From Methanotrichaceae archaeon (lineage in GTDB: Archaea > Halobacteriota > Methanosarcinia > Methanotrichales > Methanotrichaceae), in contig CAVVKN010000020.1 of assembly GCA_963748825.1 (NCBI GenBank), forward strand, positions 1-21,454: DNA of 21,454 bases. The letters are read 5' to 3'. A program made the translations under genes and the position numbers. Below the pieces are notes generated by a model. It worked only from the letters and a program-made list of their open reading frames with translations. It searched no databases and was not told the DNA's origin. Below, piece by piece: positions 17,625 through 21,454 of this stretch (positions are counted from its first letter, which is position 1; each line of letters begins with the position of its first letter).

Positions 17625-18053
17625 ACCTACTTAGCTTCTTAGATTTCTAAATGAACTCAGAGTTTAAAGAGGAGGGACGGGAAGATAGCGAAAAGGATGT
17701 CAAAAGTCTTTTGAAGCCATTCTCAAATCGGCCTGAATTATTTATATATCTTTTATTTCAGTGCCTCAGCCGTCTTATTTCTTATGAGAGGCTTTCGCCT
17801 TTTCCGTATCATTATCAGTTTTTGATTGTCCCGTCTTTTTCCCTGCATCAGCCTTCTTCTCTACTTTCATCTATTATATTCTGAATCCTCTTTTTGTGAT
17901 TCTAGATCTAATCGGCTGCCATTGAATAAAAAGCTTTTGGTACCAAAATATTAACGTGCTATAAGCTGTGCCCACACAAATTCAATAACAAGAGTACGGA
18001 CTCAAAACTACGCACCCATTCATGGTAATGAATAATATCAAATCATTTTCCAA

Positions 18054-18488
18054 TTAGCACCTTCTCCTCAGAGCTACAAAGGTCACCGCCAGGAGCCCGG
18101 CTACGGCAAAGATCGCCTCAAAGCCCGGAGTCGTGCTAGTCGAAGTTGTTGATTTAGTCGTACTTGTAGGCTCAGTGGCAGGAGTCGAGCTTGTCGTTGT
18201 TGTCGTTGATTTTTCATCATCATGGCCGGGAGCTGCGCTAGTCCTAGTTGCAGTTGATTTGGTAACATCGGGGCTAGGAGTGGTGCTGGTCGCAGTTGTA
18301 GTAGTAGATTTAGTTACATCTGCTGGGAGCGGGTCGGGTTGATTGAGCCACCCTACCATTTCATCCCTCGCTTGATCTGGTCCGCGGGCACTTTCGCCTA
18401 GCGGGTCTGACTGTGCGTATGCCTGAAATGCAAGACAGACGAGCACCGTCATACATATTAAAATTTTACTATATTTCATTAGTTTCAC
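18054..18488 (-). CDS. Small Ser/Thr-rich PGF-CTERM surface glycoprotein (archaeosortase A substrate)
   Basis: Signal peptide, Thr/Ser-rich body, and C-terminal TPGFEAIFAVAGLLAVTFVALRRRC (PGF + transmembrane helix + basic tail). Confidence 0.88.
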   Translation of the reverse strand: MKLMKYSKILICMTVLVCLAFQAYAQSDPLGESARGPDQARDEMVGWLNQPDPLPADVTKSTTTTATSTTPSPDVTKSTATRTSAAPGHDDEKSTTTTTSSTPATEPTSTTKSTTSTSTTPGFEAIFAVAGLLAVTFVALRRRC

Positions 18489-18725
18489 CGAAGACTATTA
18501 TGCTCTATTTCCATTTAAAACTATTTAAAAACGGGAAAGCACTAAAATATACTAGCCTGACTAGATTATCCACGCTCATGAGCGGATAGCCTTGCATGGC
18601 TTGCGTTCTCGTATAGACGTGTGGGGGTCTTATCCCCCGCACGTAATCGCATATTCAGAAACAACATCTATAGGCATTGTTCTAGCTGGAAAAGCCCGTA
18701 ATATTTCCAGTAAGATCGCCGTGAT

Positions 18726-19772
18726 CTAAATGTAGACCGCCGTTCCTGGCTCCACATTGATTATCTTTTGGACACCCCCTTGGAAGAACATGGTCTTAGG
18801 GTAGTTGAACTGACCATCATAGACTCTAATGTCATGGTTCTGATTGCCAACAACGTTAAAGCTGAACCTTCCGTCGAGAGGATCTCCACCAGTTCCCTCG
18901 GTGCCTATGTAATTTCCATCCAGGAATACCTGATAACCTCTCATGCCTTGGGACTGAATAGTCACAGGCGTATCTCCGTTAACGGTAGGTGTTTGCGGAG
19001 GCATGGAAGCGATTGGTGTCGTAGTCGATGGGGCTTGAGCGAACACATCCACAACGACCACGTTGCTGGGCTGGTTGTTCACCACAAAGTAGAGCATGTG
19101 TCTTCCAACCTTGTCAGCATTGAAGTTCATGGTGTTATAACCCTGGTTGAACTGATAAGTGCTGTACTTTGTAACAGTTGTGCCGGTCTGAACGATTTCG
19201 TAGAACCCTGCGGCCCCTCCAACGGGTGCATTGGCAACCAGTTGCAGCCAGGTTCCAACCGGGCTTACCACATACTGGGACCAGCTTGTTGCTCCCTGGA
19301 CCCAAAGGTCGTTAGTCTTGGATGGCAATGAGGACATATACTGGGAGTATGGCAATGCCTGGCCTACGCCATAGTATATCGTGGTAGGCGTTTTCTGCGC
19401 AATATCGAACTTGGTAGGGGTGCTGATTATACCGCCCACTACTGGCATACCTGAAGTTGTATAAAACTCTCTGAAAGGAGAGAACGTGATGTCGCTATAT
19501 CCTTGGCTGTAGAAGGATGATCCACCCGTAGTGTACCAGGGGAAGTAGTTGTTTGGCTGATTGAGCCAACTCTCCAGGCTCGCCAGCCCCTGATAAGATA
19601 TGCTGTAGCTGGAACTTTCGACCTGGTCGTCTATTTTTTTTGCCTGTCCGGGGTTAGCTCCTGTCTGTCCTGGAGCTAAAGGATTGGCATTGTCTGAATT
19701 ACAGGTAGCAGTGCCGGCGAAAACGATGCCTAACAGAACCAACGATGCAATGAATAACACCATAACTCTCAT
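18726..19772 (-). CDS. Secreted protein, paralog of the 16037-17624 core, with a C-terminal PEGA-like beta domain
   Basis: Signal peptide, then the core FPWYTTGG...TNDLWVQGATSWSQYVVSPVGTWLQL...GRHMLYFVVNNQPSNVVVVDV. C-terminal GYQVFLDGNYIG...HDIRVYDG. Confidence 0.8.
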   Translation of the reverse strand: MRVMVLFIASLVLLGIVFAGTATCNSDNANPLAPGQTGANPGQAKKIDDQVESSSYSISYQGLASLESWLNQPNNYFPWYTTGGSSFYSQGYSDITFSPFREFYTTSGMPVVGGIISTPTKFDIAQKTPTTIYYGVGQALPYSQYMSSLPSKTNDLWVQGATSWSQYVVSPVGTWLQLVANAPVGGAAGFYEIVQTGTTVTKYSTYQFNQGYNTMNFNADKVGRHMLYFVVNNQPSNVVVVDVFAQAPSTTTPIASMPPQTPTVNGDTPVTIQSQGMRGYQVFLDGNYIGTEGTGGDPLDGRFSFNVVGNQNHDIRVYDGQFNYPKTMFFQGGVQKIINVEPGTAVYI

Positions 19773-19820
19773 AATTATGAATCCTCCATACTCTCAATAA
19801 GTACTTCATTGAATATAAAG

Positions 19821-21454
19821 CCCACATTTCGCATTAACACTCCAATCCATAATATTTTTTGCAGTCCTGCCCGAGTAGCTTCAGGACCAAGTCTTGAGTC
19901 TCGCTCAGCTTTATCAGCCGGCGAATCACATGTTGGCCCTCGGTTACTATTATTAATGTTACTCTCATAAAAAGCTGGAATATCCATCTCATGGTCGGTT
20001 TTTGAGTCGGTTTTTTGAGTTGATTTGGGACACTCTGCCCAGCCTCCTTTAGTTTTCTTCGAAGCTTCCACTCTGCATACGAATAGATCAATAGGCAAAG
20101 GACCATAATCATTGCCAAGGCCTCTATGCGTGGAAACTTTTGTCTTTCAAGAAGCGGAAGCCTCTCTCTACCGCTTGCTGCCCTTTGTAATAGTTCAGCA
20201 TGGTTTCAGAATCTAGATCCAAGTCATTGCTAGCGAGTACGAACCTGCCCAATTTTTGGCGTTCTCGGATTACAGATTCTTGATCAATTTCGAGATCAGC
20301 TTCAATCGCATACTGATAAATTCGCGCTTCATACTTCTTCGGCCTATCCCTCTTTTTTTCTGCACGCTCTAAAATAGAAGAGGCCCCCAGGTCTTTAAGC
20401 TTGAAAAGAGGATGATCCGAAACCCATTTCTTTGCCGCGGCTATGGCATCTGGTTCACAAGCGTACCGTTGACGTTTCAGAGAATTGAGATCTTTCTGGG
20501 CATCACTTATCTTTTTTTGAAGGTTTTTATCAAAGGTCTTCTCCTTTTGCGCCTGCATCTCCTGGGACCAGAAAACCGCAGCTTTCTGAGGAATGCCTCC
20601 ATAATTCAGATATGTAGTATGGAACGCATAGCGTGGATCCGTTGCAGGTGTCATTTCCAGTTCTGCTGAGATCAAAGCCTTTGCTGCCCCTACAGTTTCA
20701 GGAATACGAGTGATCCAATGTAGATCTTTTCCCAGTAGCTTGAGATTTTCTTCAGAATAAATAGCGCTATCTGCGACCCAATTATTTGAATCATCGAAGG
20801 AAATGGACTCTCTCAGTCTCTGGATCATATCTGGCAAACTTTTTTTATCAGATTTGTTTCCGGAGAACGACTGCATAAAAAGAGGAACTCCATGTTGATT
20901 CACGACCATTCCCAGAACGAAACGCTTAAGGTCCATTCGGTTATCTTTGGCATGGCCAAAAGTAATTTTAATTGAATCTGTTCCATCTGGAGCATCACCT
21001 TCATACTTTCCAAACATCGAGAAGTTTGTCGTATCCACATGTAGTAGATGCGTTTCCTCGGTCATTTTGTTCATGACTTGCAGAGCAAGCTCGTTAAACA
21101 GCTCCGTTGGACCATAGTCAAAAATTGCATCTAATGTTCGCGATAATGTGTCATCATTCAGGTTAGGTGGCGAAATGCCTTCTCCCAATAAACTCTCGGT
21201 AGGAAGACCTATGAAAAAATTGGAGTAAAAATAGAGACGAGATTCATTAAAACCCAGGCCATTCAGGGCCATTGCCTTTATAATTGCGGAATGATCAAAG
21301 ATCCCTGCTACTATCCCAAAATGCTCGATGGTATTTGTCGAGATATCCATGCCACTTCCCTTCATGGAAGCATATGGTTGAGCTATTAAAAAAGATTATC
21401 CATAAAAGTCAAGGGAAATTATGAAGTGTTCAAACCGTTAATGCGAAATGTGGG
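19821..21454 (-). mobile_element. IS1634-family insertion sequence with perfect 18-bp terminal inverted repeats
   Basis: CCCACATTTCGCATTAAC at 19821-19838 and its exact reverse complement at 21437-21454 enclose the transposase. Confidence 0.93.
19834..21365 (-). pseudogene. IS1634 transposase broken by internal deletions (ORFs 20124-21365 and 19834-20118)
   Basis: HFGIVAG, LNDDTLSRTLD, HVDTT, ADSA and VERGFRFLKD, then a frame switch to RIEALAMIMVLCLLIY...PNQLKKPTQKPTMRWIFQ. The usual linker between KDKSFHA and RIEAL is missing. Confidence 0.88.

Noticed and set aside
17651-17884. 77-aa plus-strand ORF
   Set aside because: Low-complexity antisense reading of the purine-rich upstream region of the 17624 gene, which contains a TATA-like element at about 17741-17750.
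19811-19820. Target-site duplication of the IS1634
   Set aside because: It cannot be evaluated because the window ends exactly at the other TIR.
19775-20098. 107-aa minus-strand ORF
   Set aside because: Alternative frame of the transposase C-terminus that runs across the TIR.
20124-20126. TAG read-through (pyrrolysine) in the transposase
   Set aside because: The downstream transposase sequence is in a different frame, and a deletion explains the break.

Overview
Archaeal DNA, most consistent with a methanogen of the Methanothrix/Methanosarcinales type. This is an inference from the PGF-CTERM protein, GGTGA/GAGG ribosome-binding sites, TATA/BRE promoters, an Archaeoglobus-type IscS and IS1634 elements. 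In order, the window holds: an AT-rich, 5'-truncated 840-aa protein with a C-terminal PD-(D/E)xK nuclease motif; a small wHTH regulator; YunC/DUF1805; a scar of collapsed genes (metY, a CBS-domain tail and ynfA fragments); a Cys-motif hypothetical protein; and a truncated IS1634. Next come a minus-strand operon (2-oxoacid:ferredoxin oxidoreductase alpha/beta, a rubredoxin missed by the ORF track, ferritin) and a divergent tusA-dsrE-iscS-iscU operon whose IscS has Asp in place of the PLP-binding lysine. After these are an AT-rich HEPN-like gene, a hicBA pair bracketed by degenerate GC-rich repeats, a cluster of modular secreted/surface proteins around a tyrosine-recombinase remnant, and a decayed IS1634 with perfect 18-bp terminal inverted repeats that ends exactly at the window edge. 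The best candidate for an undescribed system is a cysteine-desulfurase-independent sulfur relay for Fe-S assembly (TusA + DsrE + Lys-less IscS + IscU) facing an iron/electron-supply operon. Several single-base frameshifts could be real decay or assembly errors.
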